Below are positions 1 through 10,153 of a stretch of 64,000 bases of DNA, one piece after another (the stretch's first letter is position 1; each line of letters begins with the position of its first letter). Source of the DNA: Coleofasciculus sp. B1-GNL1-01. GTDB taxonomy: Bacteria > Cyanobacteriota > Cyanobacteriia > Cyanobacteriales > Coleofasciculaceae. The notes beneath the pieces were generated by a model. That model was not told where the DNA came from. It saw nothing but the letters and a program-made list of their open reading frames with translations, and searched no databases. The stretch lies in NCBI GenBank assembly GCA_040220235.1, contig JAVJTO010000168.1. One strand, written 5' to 3'. Made by a program: the position numbers and the translations under genes.

Positions 1-683
1 CCATTTTTCGACCCAACAAGTGCAAGGTTTTTATACTACCCCCCTCTTGTATCCTGAACTTTTCGCCGACAACAGCACCAAATTTTCCCTCGACAGAGGG
101 GTGAAACCATTGCCCATTGCCCATTGCCCATTCCCTATTCCCTCTCCCCACCACAAGACTTATTCAGCAGCCCCTAATTAATCAGCATACCCCCGAACAC
201 AATGAAGGATTAATTGTAGGGGCGGGTTTAGCCATCCAATTCATATATTCACCGATAAATGAACAACAAAACCCGCCCTTATTCAGGTAGGGGCGGGTAT
301 GAGACACTGATATGGTTGTAGATGGGGAAAACGACAGGAAGCCCGACAGAATCTAGGGCTAAAGCCCTTACTACGAAACAAACCTGCATAAGCCCCACTC
401 GACTAGAGATATATCACAGTAGACTCCACTCGCCACGGATTTACTACCCCATACAGCAGCTTTCTTTGGTGAGTGCGATCGCGCCCTATAGCTATCCTAT
501 TTCAGATGCCCCAAAAGCTGGGTATATCGCCTTCACGAGGTATAGCGGATTCCTATAGGGAACCCACTCAAATCTTGCATTATTATTGACCAATGGAACG
601 GAGAGTGGGCAAGATGTCCCAAGGTTGAAACGCTTACACATTCTGGGATTCAAACTATCAAAGCTGCTGTTGTCGAAATAACG

Positions 684-1664
684 ATGAACAGTCTATTCAA
701 ACTTCCGCTTAAACCACCCATCACATTGCCTCAACTTTTCCTCGCAGCTTATATTCTAGGGGTTTCCCTAACCCTTTGGGCAATGCGATCGCACTATCTC
801 ATCCTGTTTATTACCCTGTTTTGCCTGTTTCCTCTCAGTAGCGGTGCAATTGTGGGAAATCGTTTAGCCGCCCAAGTCACTCTCTCTAACAACCCAAAGA
901 ATTACCGCCGCAAGATTAATCGCATGTTTCTCGCGATCGCGACAATTACAACGTTGATTATTCTCGGCGTACAGTTCAAGGTTTACCGCCTTCTCCCCTT
1001 AATTGTTCGCTTATATCTCGGTGCTTATCATAAGCCCATTATCCTGGCGTTGGGATGCTTAACGTTAGGGCTAGTCGTATCAATTGAGTTGTCCGAACAA
1101 CGTTCTCGCCGACAGTTACGTCTGCTGGTGGGAGTCGTTGTAGGAATGATGCTACCCTTGATGATTATTCTGTATTACACATTACCCATTACGGGGATGG
1201 CAAGTGAACCATTAGTCATTGAAGGAGTTGTTCTGCAAACCACGTCTCACACCTGCGCCCCAGCTAGTATCGCTACACTTGCCCGATTGGTAGGATTAGA
1301 TCCCAATTTATCGGAACGGGATGTAGTTCAACTCACCCATACGACGCGAAAAGGAACTTACACGTTAGGTTCAATTCGGGCAATGGAAAAGCTAGGTTTA
1401 GCGCCGAACTATCAATGGGGTTTAACGATTGATGATTTAATTGCGGTGGATCAACCGGCTGTACTGACCGTCAAAGAACCTGTAGATGGCGTAATATTTA
1501 ACCATGCCATCGCCCTATTATCGGTTGATGCCAAAGCGCAAACGGTAACCGTGGGGAATCCGCTTTACGGGCGTCAAATCCTAACATTTGATCAGATGAA
1601 AGGCTATTGGATAGGTCAAGCTATATTTGTTACCTATCCACCCCAGCTAAAACACACCTTTTAA
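684..1664 (+). CDS. Membrane protein with C-terminal peptidase C39-like domain
   Basis: About 5 N-terminal hydrophobic helices; QTTSHTCAPAS (Q-x5-C), NHAIAL (His) and VGNP motifs of C39-like cysteine peptidases. Confidence 0.75.
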   Translation: MNSLFKLPLKPPITLPQLFLAAYILGVSLTLWAMRSHYLILFITLFCLFPLSSGAIVGNRLAAQVTLSNNPKNYRRKINRMFLAIATITTLIILGVQFKVYRLLPLIVRLYLGAYHKPIILALGCLTLGLVVSIELSEQRSRRQLRLLVGVVVGMMLPLMIILYYTLPITGMASEPLVIEGVVLQTTSHTCAPASIATLARLVGLDPNLSERDVVQLTHTTRKGTYTLGSIRAMEKLGLAPNYQWGLTIDDLIAVDQPAVLTVKEPVDGVIFNHAIALLSVDAKAQTVTVGNPLYGRQILTFDQMKGYWIGQAIFVTYPPQLKHTF

Positions 1665-1715
1665 GATGGCGATCTGTGAGTAGGTTGGGTTTCGACTTCG
1701 CTCAACCCAACAGAG

Positions 1716-1843
1716 TAAGCTGTTCGGCATTTAAACCTTAATGTCAATAATGGCGAAAGCCTTGTAGTGCGTTTAGCGAAGCCATGCCGCAGGCTTTGCA
1801 TCTTGCTCGCTACTAATACCCAATTTAAATGCATGACAGCTTA
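1716..1843. mobile_element. 128-bp MITE with TAAGCTGT...ACAGCTTA termini (copy 1)
   Basis: Terminal inverted repeats with TA ends; near-identical 128-bp copy at 54478-54605. Confidence 0.8.
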
Positions 1844-2130
1844 CTAGCTTATGTTGGGTCTCGTTCCTCGACCCAACCTACCTCTGGACAAGAATTGTAG
1901 TCGGTTTTAACCGACTTAAGCTATAAGCCAAGAACTTGAGTTCTTGGCGGCTGAGTTGGACTGGCATAATAAATTAGAATATCTTAACAATCGACTTGCG
2001 AATAAACCGATTCAATTTCCAATTGATCGAGCATAATAAGTATCAGACCTAACTGATTTTATTGGGAAATCCGGCAGCACGTTCCCATCGTCTTCTCCGT
2101 CTTTCAGGAACCTATCTCCACACAAACGTT

Positions 2131-2871
2131 ATGAAAAATACACAAATACAACCGGGACAACAGGTAAAACTCTTCCACGTTCAAACCAACACCCCGCTGG
2201 AGTTACCGCCCAACCGTTCGGTGATTCACATTGGTAAGGCTGAGGGCAACATACAACCGGAGATTGATGTGTCCACTTTTCCCAATTCCTACATTGTATC
2301 TCGAAACCATGCCACTATTTCCCTTGAGGGAGACCACTATTTTATTGAAGACGTTGGCAGTTCCAATGGTACATACTTAAACGGTATGCGTCTCACCCCC
2401 GCCAATCGACACCTTCTCAATCCGGGCGACAAAATAGAATTAGGGAAAGATAGCTTAGTCACATTTATCTTTGAAGACGCCAGCAATCTTGCTGTGATCC
2501 CTAATTCGGAAAATCTTAGCGAACAGGAAACCTTTGTTACTAAGTTAACGGGTACAGGGTTAATTCTAGCCGGATTAGCATTTCTTAGTTCCAGTCTTTG
2601 GTTTTCACACTTCGCCCTTCCCTTTGTTATTGTAGAGATTCTGGGAGTGCTAACTGTAAATTATGGTGGAAGCAAACGTCATTTAGGTTGGGTTTTGATT
2701 GCGGCTGGCGTGGCAATCGCGATAATGACCCATCAGCTTTTTGTGCTAACAAAGGTTGTCGGATTAGTTGCTTTATCAATTTTAAGTTTATTCTGTGGTT
2801 ATCAGTTTTTTGTCTTTGGCAAGGTTAAAACATTGAATCTATTAGCGCTAAAGCGACTGATCAAAACGTAA
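2131..2871 (+). CDS. FHA domain protein with C-terminal transmembrane helices
   Basis: IG(K)...SRNHA...EDVGSSNGTYLNG FHA motifs followed by about 4 hydrophobic segments; ATG at 2131 preferred over the ORF-track start 2062. Confidence 0.8.
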   Translation: MKNTQIQPGQQVKLFHVQTNTPLELPPNRSVIHIGKAEGNIQPEIDVSTFPNSYIVSRNHATISLEGDHYFIEDVGSSNGTYLNGMRLTPANRHLLNPGDKIELGKDSLVTFIFEDASNLAVIPNSENLSEQETFVTKLTGTGLILAGLAFLSSSLWFSHFALPFVIVEILGVLTVNYGGSKRHLGWVLIAAGVAIAIMTHQLFVLTKVVGLVALSILSLFCGYQFFVFGKVKTLNLLALKRLIKT

Positions 2872-3085
2872 ACCTTGTTGTGTGAAAAGCCTTCTCGCTA
2901 CCTACACCAAATTTAAAGGAATGGCAGCTTAAAAAAAGCGACTTGGAATACTATTAAAACTATTCACCATAAAAAACAACTTGCTTTACTATTCCCTAGC
3001 TTTGATAGAGGAGAAGCTGAAGTGATTACTGTGGCATTAGAAAAAAGAATAGTACGATAAACACACTCCCTTGATTAAGTTGCTA

Positions 3086-3104
3086 GAAAAGAATTATTAT
3101 CAAT
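3086..3104 (+). promoter_or_regulatory. Putative Fur box upstream of the multicopper oxidase
   Basis: GAAAAGAATTATTATCAAT with a strong right half-site (ATTATCAAT); similar boxes at 4147 and 5747 and a fur gene in the locus. Confidence 0.45.
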
Positions 3105-3156
3105 TAATGACTGTCACAAGCCATCACTAATGAAAAATCCACATCTAGGATCAAAC

Positions 3157-4122
3157 ATGAAACCATGGACTCGCCGCCAGATACTGAAGTGGGGATTAAT
3201 CGGCGCTGGAGTGACGAGTGCCGCGATCGCAGGGCAAATCTGGAGACGACAATCTACCTCTAGAGTAAGCATTCCTGAGCTTCCAGAGACAACAACGGAT
3301 CATTTTAACCCCATGTCCGTGTTACGAGACTTTGACTCTGGCACAATTAAGCAGGAAAATGGGCGCACAATTCGCGAATTTGAGATTGTTGCTAAAAATT
3401 CTACTCTCCAACTGAATAGTGCTGTTTCTTTCGTAAGCTGGAACTTTAACGATCGCGTTCCCGGACCAACCCTACGCGCCACCGAGGGCGATCGCATCCG
3501 GGTTATTTTCCACAATCAAGGCGGACATTCCCACAGTATGCACTTTCATGGCACTCACCCATCAGAAATGGATGGGGTAAAACCCATACGCCATGGTAAG
3601 CAAACCATTTACGAATTCGATGCTAAACCTTCTGGTGTCCACCTCTATCATTGTCACATTGCCCCTGTAACTCGCCATATCAGCAAAGGACTTTATGGCA
3701 TGTTCATTGTTGATCCTCGTCAAAAACGCCCTCCCGCTGATGAGATGGTTCTGGTGATGGGCGGATATGACATCAACAACGATAATCAGAATGAACTCTA
3801 CGCCTTCAATGGTATCCCTGACTACTATTTAGACCATCCCATCCCGATCTATCAAAACCAACTGGTGCGGCTGTATCTGCTAAATATGATTGAATTCGAT
3901 GCGGCGGCGACGTTTCATATTCATGCCAACCTGTTCCAAGTTTATCCCACCGGGCGCACCCTCACCCCCACAATGGAAACGGATGTGATTACTATGGGGA
4001 CGGCTGAACGGCATATCCTGGAATTTTCCTACCCCTACCCCGGTGAGTATATGTTCCATCCTCACCAAGATGCGATCGCGGAAAATGGCTGTATGGGTAT
4101 GTTTGACGTGATCCCCCTGTGA
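3157..4122 (+). CDS. Tat-exported two-domain multicopper oxidase
   Basis: TRRQILK twin-arginine signal; HSMHFH, YHCH...H, FHIH and MFHPH copper motifs; AGGA precedes ATG 3157 (alternative start 3130). Confidence 0.88.
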   Translation: MKPWTRRQILKWGLIGAGVTSAAIAGQIWRRQSTSRVSIPELPETTTDHFNPMSVLRDFDSGTIKQENGRTIREFEIVAKNSTLQLNSAVSFVSWNFNDRVPGPTLRATEGDRIRVIFHNQGGHSHSMHFHGTHPSEMDGVKPIRHGKQTIYEFDAKPSGVHLYHCHIAPVTRHISKGLYGMFIVDPRQKRPPADEMVLVMGGYDINNDNQNELYAFNGIPDYYLDHPIPIYQNQLVRLYLLNMIEFDAAATFHIHANLFQVYPTGRTLTPTMETDVITMGTAERHILEFSYPYPGEYMFHPHQDAIAENGCMGMFDVIPL

Positions 4123-4146
4123 TCAATATTTATTTTTTTGTCAGTT

Positions 4147-4165
4147 ATTGCAAAATACTATCAAT
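4147..4165 (+). promoter_or_regulatory. Putative Fur box
   Basis: 19-bp imperfect palindrome ATTGCAAAATACTATCAAT. Confidence 0.55.
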
Positions 4166-4221
4166 AGATGTAGACTAAGAACCATTCACTCAAACCCAGT
4201 TATTGCTAAAAATTCCTAACA

Positions 4222-5037
4222 ATGTCATCGGTTCGTTTTTTGTCGATCACGGGTGCAGCAGCAACTCTGATTGCCCTGGCTAGCTGTGGCAATCCGCAAA
4301 CACCCAATCCCTCAACGCCAGAGGCTAACGGTTCACCAGCGACGACTAGCCAAACCACAGCGCCGCCATCAACCGCCGCAGATCAGCAGCAGGATGTTGA
4401 CTACATGACCGCTTTAGGTTTAATGAAAGGGCATCTATTGGTGGCAAAGGAACTCCTTGACCAAGGAAAACCTGAACAAGCTGAACCGCATATTGGTCAC
4501 CCAATTGAAGAACTCTATGCTGACGTAGAAAATCAGTTACCCGAACGCAATGTCAAAGACTTTAAACCAACGCTGAATACATTGCATGATTTTGTTAAAT
4601 CTAAACCAAATGCGCCTGAGATAACCACAAACTATAAGGCGGTGATGCAAGAGATTGATCAGGCGATTGAAACGTTACCTGCTTCTCAACGTCAGTCTCC
4701 TGACTTTATCCTCAGTGTGATTAACCAAATACTCAGTACCGCCGAGGAAGAGTATAATGCCGCGATCGCGAATGGCAAAATTGTGGAGACGATTGAATAC
4801 CAAGATGCACGGGGATTTATCCTCTATGCCAACACCCTGTATCAAAGTATTGCAGATCAGGTGAGTCAAGACTATCCTGATCAGGCTCAAACCCTAGAAT
4901 CAAGCCTGAATGAACTCCAAAACGCCTTACCCAGTGCGACTCCTCCAGCAACGCCAGTTATGACACCAGAGGAGGTATCAACCCTAACTCAAACCATTCA
5001 ACAAACCAGTCAAACCATCTCCTCATCCCCGTCTTAA
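4222..5037 (+). CDS. Helical lipoprotein, probable periplasmic metal-binding partner of the oxidase
   Basis: Lipobox LASC, Pro/Thr linker, His/Glu-rich motifs (MKGHL, PHIGHPIEE, EYQDARGF). Confidence 0.65.
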   Translation: MSSVRFLSITGAAATLIALASCGNPQTPNPSTPEANGSPATTSQTTAPPSTAADQQQDVDYMTALGLMKGHLLVAKELLDQGKPEQAEPHIGHPIEELYADVENQLPERNVKDFKPTLNTLHDFVKSKPNAPEITTNYKAVMQEIDQAIETLPASQRQSPDFILSVINQILSTAEEEYNAAIANGKIVETIEYQDARGFILYANTLYQSIADQVSQDYPDQAQTLESSLNELQNALPSATPPATPVMTPEEVSTLTQTIQQTSQTISSSPS

Positions 5038-5229
5038 GTCGAATGTCACGAACTTAAGACGGGTGGGTTGAGCGAAGCCGAAACCCACCCTACGGTCTAT
5101 CAAGGGTTTGGACATAAATCTAACGATATTAAGTTAGGGAAATAGCTCTCCAGCCCTGACAAATGACAAATGACGTAGCTTGCTTCTCAAGGGAGCGAGT
5201 ATGACGAAGGATGAATGACAAATTATTAA

Positions 5230-5727
5230 ATGCGTGAAGTCTTAACGGCAAACTCACTCAAGTTCGCCCTCAACCGCAGAAATTTGCGAATGACTCCTCA
5301 AAGGGAGACGATTCTGCAAGTGTTTCAGGAACTTCCCCCAGGTGAGCATCTGAGTGTCGAAGAATTGCATGATTGGTTAGAGGAGCAAGGAAAAAATGTC
5401 AGCCTGTCCACTGTATACAGAACCGTTAAGTTAATGGTTCGCATCGGTGTGCTGCGAGAACTGGAACTGGCAGAAGGACATAAGCATTATGAGTTAAATT
5501 ATTCGGGTTTAAAACACCATCATCATCTTGTCTGTCTTCAGTGTCATCAGACGATTGAGTTCAAAGATCCATCAATTTTAACGATTAGCCAACAACAAGC
5601 GAGGGATGAAAACGTGGAACTGCTTGACTGCCAGCTAACCCTGCATGCAGTTTGCTTAGAGGCAGTACGGCAAGGGTGGCCCCTTTTATTGCCCAGAAAC
5701 TGGTCATGTCCCCGGTACGGGGATTGA
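5230..5727 (+). CDS. fur: Fur family transcriptional regulator
   Basis: RMTPQRETIL, SLSTVYRTV, HHHHLVCLQC...IEF; FurA-like paralog. Confidence 0.9.
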   Translation: MREVLTANSLKFALNRRNLRMTPQRETILQVFQELPPGEHLSVEELHDWLEEQGKNVSLSTVYRTVKLMVRIGVLRELELAEGHKHYELNYSGLKHHHHLVCLQCHQTIEFKDPSILTISQQQARDENVELLDCQLTLHAVCLEAVRQGWPLLLPRNWSCPRYGD

Positions 5728-5746
5728 CGGAATATAACTTCCTTTC

Positions 5747-5765
5747 GATAATGACAATCATTCTT
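5747..5765 (+). promoter_or_regulatory. Fur box upstream of porin
   Basis: GATAATGACAATCATTCTT matches 16/19 positions of the classical GATAATGATAATCATTATC consensus. Confidence 0.7.
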
Positions 5766-5820
5766 TTGATGCAGTCCAGGGAAAATCAATCCCCAACTAT
5801 GACGTTATAGGTGTGAGGAC

Positions 5821-7545
5821 ATGAAACAATCAAGTCTACTGTGGAACTATGGGATAGCTAGCCCGACAATTGTGGCAGCAATAGTCGGCGTGGGAGTGAG
5901 TGCGATCGCCACAGAAGTGGATTCGCTTCAAACCACAGCCCCCCTAGCGATTCCAGCCAACCTAGACAACGAAACATCTGATCCCATCAGCCAAATCGCC
6001 CAAATTCCTGATAGTAGCGGCGATTCCAGCGATGAGATCTGGGAACAAATTAACTACTACAGCAACGAGACGAACGCTTTAGATCAAGTGACTAATGTCT
6101 CTCAGTTACGGGATGTATCGCCAGGAGACTGGGCGTATGAAGCCTTGCGATCGCTGGTTGAACGCTATGGTTGTATTGCGGGATATCCCGATGGCACCTA
6201 CCGGGGGAACCGTGCTATGACTCGTTATGAATTTGCCGCCGGGTTAAATGCCTGTTTGCAGCAGATCGAACGCTTAATTGCAGGGACTGACGGTGTTGGC
6301 GAAGGTGACTTAGAAACCTTGCAACGGTTAATCCAAGAATTTGAAGCCGAACTAGCCACCCTCGGAGCGCGGGTAGATAATTTAGAGGGACGAGTCGCCT
6401 TCTTAGAGGATAATCAGTTTTCCACAACCACCAAACTATCCGGTGAAGTCATCTTTGGTTTGACGGGTGTGGCTGCGGGAGAGGATGCCAATGGAGATGA
6501 TATCGATAATGTAACCATTTTTGGTCATCGCACCCGCCTGGAATTAAATACCAGTTTCACCGGAGAAGATGTACTCAGAACCCGACTACAAGCTGAAGGT
6601 TTAGGTTCTCTAACTCAACAGACAATTACACCTGAAGGCGATCTTTTCTTTGCTGGTGCAACGGATAGTGATGTTGTCGTTGATGCGTTACTCTATGATT
6701 TCCCCGTGGGTGAAAATACCCGTGTTGTCCTTGATGCTAATGCGGGTGCATCCGATGACTTTGCCAGCACGGTTAATCCTTTCCTGGATGGTGATGGGGG
6801 TAGTGGGGCGTTGTCTCGCTTTGGCACACGGCATTCCATCTATTATTATCTGGATGGTGCAGGTATCGGGATTAATCACGCATTCGGTGACACGCTAGAA
6901 CTCAGTGCTGGCTATTTAGCAAGTGAGGCGGCTGATCCCGGAGACGATACTGGCATATTCAATGGTCCTTATGGGGCGCTTGCCCAGATTTTGTTTAAGC
7001 CCAGCGATAAACTGAATATTGGATTAACCTATATCCATGCCTACAATCGAGACACCGATACTGGAAGTCAGCTGAGCAATTTTCGCAGCTTTACTGAAGA
7101 CTTGATCGGTAATGCTGTCCCCACGTCTAGCAATTCTTATGGTGTAGAAGTATCATGGCGGTTAAGCGATCGCTTTGCCCTTGGCGGTTGGGTGGGCTAC
7201 ACCCAAACCACAACCCTTTCGACGCTGGGGGGACAAATTGATCGCGGTGACTTGGATATTTGGAATTGGGCAGTTAGTTTAGCTTTCCCCGATTTAGGCA
7301 AAGAGGGAAGTGTCGCTGGAATTTTGGTGGGGATGGAACCGAAAGTGACAGATTCTAGCGTTAATATTGGCGGGATCGATATAGAAGATGAGGATACGTC
7401 TCTCCACATTGAGGCGTTCTATCAGTATCAGCTAACCGATAACATTGCCATTACACCGGGAATCATCTGGCTCACGGCACCTGATCACGATAATGATAAT
7501 GAGGACATTGTAATCGGGGCTATCCGCACCACCTTTAGCTTTTAA
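5821..7545 (+). CDS. Cyanobacterial SLH + OprB-type porin (iron uptake porin family)
   Basis: QVTNVSQLRDVSPGDWAYEAL...YGCIAGYPDGTYRGNR SLH domain, coiled coil, QFSTTTKL, C-terminal RTTFSF. Confidence 0.92.
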   Translation: MKQSSLLWNYGIASPTIVAAIVGVGVSAIATEVDSLQTTAPLAIPANLDNETSDPISQIAQIPDSSGDSSDEIWEQINYYSNETNALDQVTNVSQLRDVSPGDWAYEALRSLVERYGCIAGYPDGTYRGNRAMTRYEFAAGLNACLQQIERLIAGTDGVGEGDLETLQRLIQEFEAELATLGARVDNLEGRVAFLEDNQFSTTTKLSGEVIFGLTGVAAGEDANGDDIDNVTIFGHRTRLELNTSFTGEDVLRTRLQAEGLGSLTQQTITPEGDLFFAGATDSDVVVDALLYDFPVGENTRVVLDANAGASDDFASTVNPFLDGDGGSGALSRFGTRHSIYYYLDGAGIGINHAFGDTLELSAGYLASEAADPGDDTGIFNGPYGALAQILFKPSDKLNIGLTYIHAYNRDTDTGSQLSNFRSFTEDLIGNAVPTSSNSYGVEVSWRLSDRFALGGWVGYTQTTTLSTLGGQIDRGDLDIWNWAVSLAFPDLGKEGSVAGILVGMEPKVTDSSVNIGGIDIEDEDTSLHIEAFYQYQLTDNIAITPGIIWLTAPDHDNDNEDIVIGAIRTTFSF

Positions 7546-8094
7546 CCTACATCTTGCACCATTTAAGGTTAAGCCAAATTGTATTGGCGTGACCCTAATA
7601 CCAAATCCGGGTTAGCTACCCCCGTTATAACAAAGTCCGCTTGTGCGGACTTTGTTTGTGTAGCAGCGATTTCAATCGCCTCCTCTTGCTCCTCAGACGC
7701 GCCATGGCGCGTCTCTACATCCATCCCACGCCTTTATAAAGCCTATGTAAAGATAACCGCTTGACTCAATCGATCTAAATTCATAAGTTTATCTTATAGA
7801 AAATGGCTGAAGCCGGAATCAATATTAAAATGCTTGCCTCTTACTAAGAGGTATCGTAACAATCAGTAACGTTTGATCTGGAATTTTTTAATAACTAACA
7901 CATTATAACACTTGAATGAGGAAACTACCATCATATACCTCCTTTTCATTTACAGAATCTTTATATAAATAAGTGTTTCTATTGATTTAAAAAATTAAAT
8001 CTTTGATAAAGATAAAGATATGTTTCACATATTTAATTTAAATAGATTTATTATAGAGATAGATAAATCATGATTCCTTAGGCAGGTCGAAAAA

Positions 8095-9984
8095 ATGAAA
8101 CGTCTTGCTAAAACGGTTGCATCAGTTACCCTTCTGACAACAGCGACGATTACCTATTTACCCAATAGAGCAGAGGCAATTACATTCACAAATGGAGAAA
8201 ACTATACTGGAACGAGCGCCCTAAAACAAGGTTCCCTGAGTAAATTGATGTTTGATTTGGCGCCCATGGCGGTTAATGGAGCCAATTATTCTGGGCAGAA
8301 TACATCATTTTCATTACAGACCTACAAGAACAATGTGGTCATTGATGCTGTTGCCGCAAATAATGTAAATTCGCTCTTATCTGACTTACAAGGATTGGGA
8401 TTGCAAAATGCTTCAACCTTTGGCTCTTTTGTATCAGGAATGCTGCCGATTGAGGCTTTGGCATCGGCGGCACAGTTAGAGAGCTTAAAATTCGCGAAAC
8501 CAGCCTATAAACCCATCACCAATGTTGGCAGAACAACCAGTCAGGCTAATGCCGCTTTACGTGCAGATATAGCGCGTGAGCAGTTTGGTGTGGATGGAAC
8601 CGGGGTTACAATTGGAGTTTTATCGGATAGCTTTAATTTTTCTGGTACAGCCGCCGAGGAGGTGGCGAGTGGGGATTTGCCATCGGGTATCAACGTGCTG
8701 AAAGATTTACCCAATGATGGGAGTTTAGGTGACGATATCTTTGGTATCGATGAAGGTCGTGCCATGATGCAACTGATTCATGATGTGGCTCCGGGTGCGG
8801 ATTTGGCGTTTCACACGGCGGCGTTTAATGAAACCGATTTTGCCCAAGGGATTCTGGCACTCGCCGATGCAGGTGCGGACATTATTGTCGATGACATTTT
8901 TTACCCCACTGAACCAATGTTCCAGGATGGAGTCATTGCTCAAGCGATTGATACTGTCGTTGATCAGGGTGTTTCCTATTTCTCGGCGGCGGGTAACGAT
9001 GCTCGACAGTCTTACGAAAGTGCGTTTAATGGCAGTAATCTGTTTGAACCGTTAGTCGGCGGTGAATTTCATGATTTTGATTCAGGTGCAGGCGTTGATA
9101 TTTTCCAAAGTTTGACGATTCCTGAGAATAGCGGATTTGGCATCTCGTTTCAGTGGGATTCCCCGTTCTTTTCGGTAAGTGGTGGTGCGGGTTCTCTTAA
9201 TGATCTGGATATTTTCCTGTTTGATCAGTCAGGAACGAATATATTGGCGAGCAGTGTTAATCAAAATGTGGGGAATGATGCGGTTGAATTTTTCTCGTTC
9301 TTCAATGATGGCTCATTAGGAACCGATACGTTTAACTTAGCGATATCAAAGGTTGAGGGTTTAGATCCTGGATTGATGAAGTACATCTTGTTTGGCGAGG
9401 GTACGTTGAACGAGTATGATACTGCCAGTGGAACGGTGTTCGGACATCCTAATGCTAGGGGAGCAGAAGCTGTTGGCGCGGCGTTTTATCAAGACACACC
9501 CGAATTTGGTGTTGATCCAGCTTTATTGGAGCCATTTTCCTCAGCAGGACCCACACCAATTCTGTTTGATACGGCGGGTAATCGCTTGGCAAATCCGGAG
9601 ATTCGCTTGAAGCCAGAGATTATTGCGGCTGATGGAACGAATACAACTTTTTTCCCACCTCCTTTCTTAGATCCTAGAGATCCTGAAGGTGATGGGTTTC
9701 CCAACTTCTTTGGTACGTCGGCGGCGGCTCCCCATGCGGCGGCTGTGGCGGCTTTAATGTTGGATGCTGCGCCGGATATGAGTCCAAGTGAAATTTATCG
9801 TATATTGGAAACGACTGCTCTGGATATGGAGAGTCCTGGTTTTGACTTTGATAGTGGTTTCGGGTTAATTCAAGCCGATCGCGCTGTAGCGGCTACTGTT
9901 CCGGAACCGGGTTCGGTGTTAGGGTTGTTGGTATTCGGTGCTGTGGGGATAGGTGTTCGATTATTAGGGAAGAAGCCTGATTGA
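8095..9984 (+). CDS. Secreted subtilase-superfamily (S8/S53-like) serine protease with PEP-CTERM anchor
   Basis: Signal peptide; GVLSDSF, DEGRAM, SAAGND, FFGTSAAAPH; C-terminal VPEPGSVLGLLVFG + basic tail. Confidence 0.88.
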   Translation: MKRLAKTVASVTLLTTATITYLPNRAEAITFTNGENYTGTSALKQGSLSKLMFDLAPMAVNGANYSGQNTSFSLQTYKNNVVIDAVAANNVNSLLSDLQGLGLQNASTFGSFVSGMLPIEALASAAQLESLKFAKPAYKPITNVGRTTSQANAALRADIAREQFGVDGTGVTIGVLSDSFNFSGTAAEEVASGDLPSGINVLKDLPNDGSLGDDIFGIDEGRAMMQLIHDVAPGADLAFHTAAFNETDFAQGILALADAGADIIVDDIFYPTEPMFQDGVIAQAIDTVVDQGVSYFSAAGNDARQSYESAFNGSNLFEPLVGGEFHDFDSGAGVDIFQSLTIPENSGFGISFQWDSPFFSVSGGAGSLNDLDIFLFDQSGTNILASSVNQNVGNDAVEFFSFFNDGSLGTDTFNLAISKVEGLDPGLMKYILFGEGTLNEYDTASGTVFGHPNARGAEAVGAAFYQDTPEFGVDPALLEPFSSAGPTPILFDTAGNRLANPEIRLKPEIIAADGTNTTFFPPPFLDPRDPEGDGFPNFFGTSAAAPHAAAVAALMLDAAPDMSPSEIYRILETTALDMESPGFDFDSGFGLIQADRAVAATVPEPGSVLGLLVFGAVGIGVRLLGKKPD

Positions 9985-10153
9985 TACTCCCATCGCTGAA
10001 AGCGAGGTTTTCTCTGGACTGTGCAAGATTTAAAACGAATGGCATTGGCTTAAAGCTGGTGGGCAATGCCCACCCTACGGTATATCAAGGGTTACGGCGA
10101 TTTCACAATGCTTAATGAGCGTGCCATTGGAGTTAAAACGGGTTGAATTAATC

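Noticed and set aside
322..558. 78-aa ORF and the many short overlapping or antisense ORFs in the track
   Set aside because: No recognisable motifs; they overlap repeats or are shadows of well-supported genes
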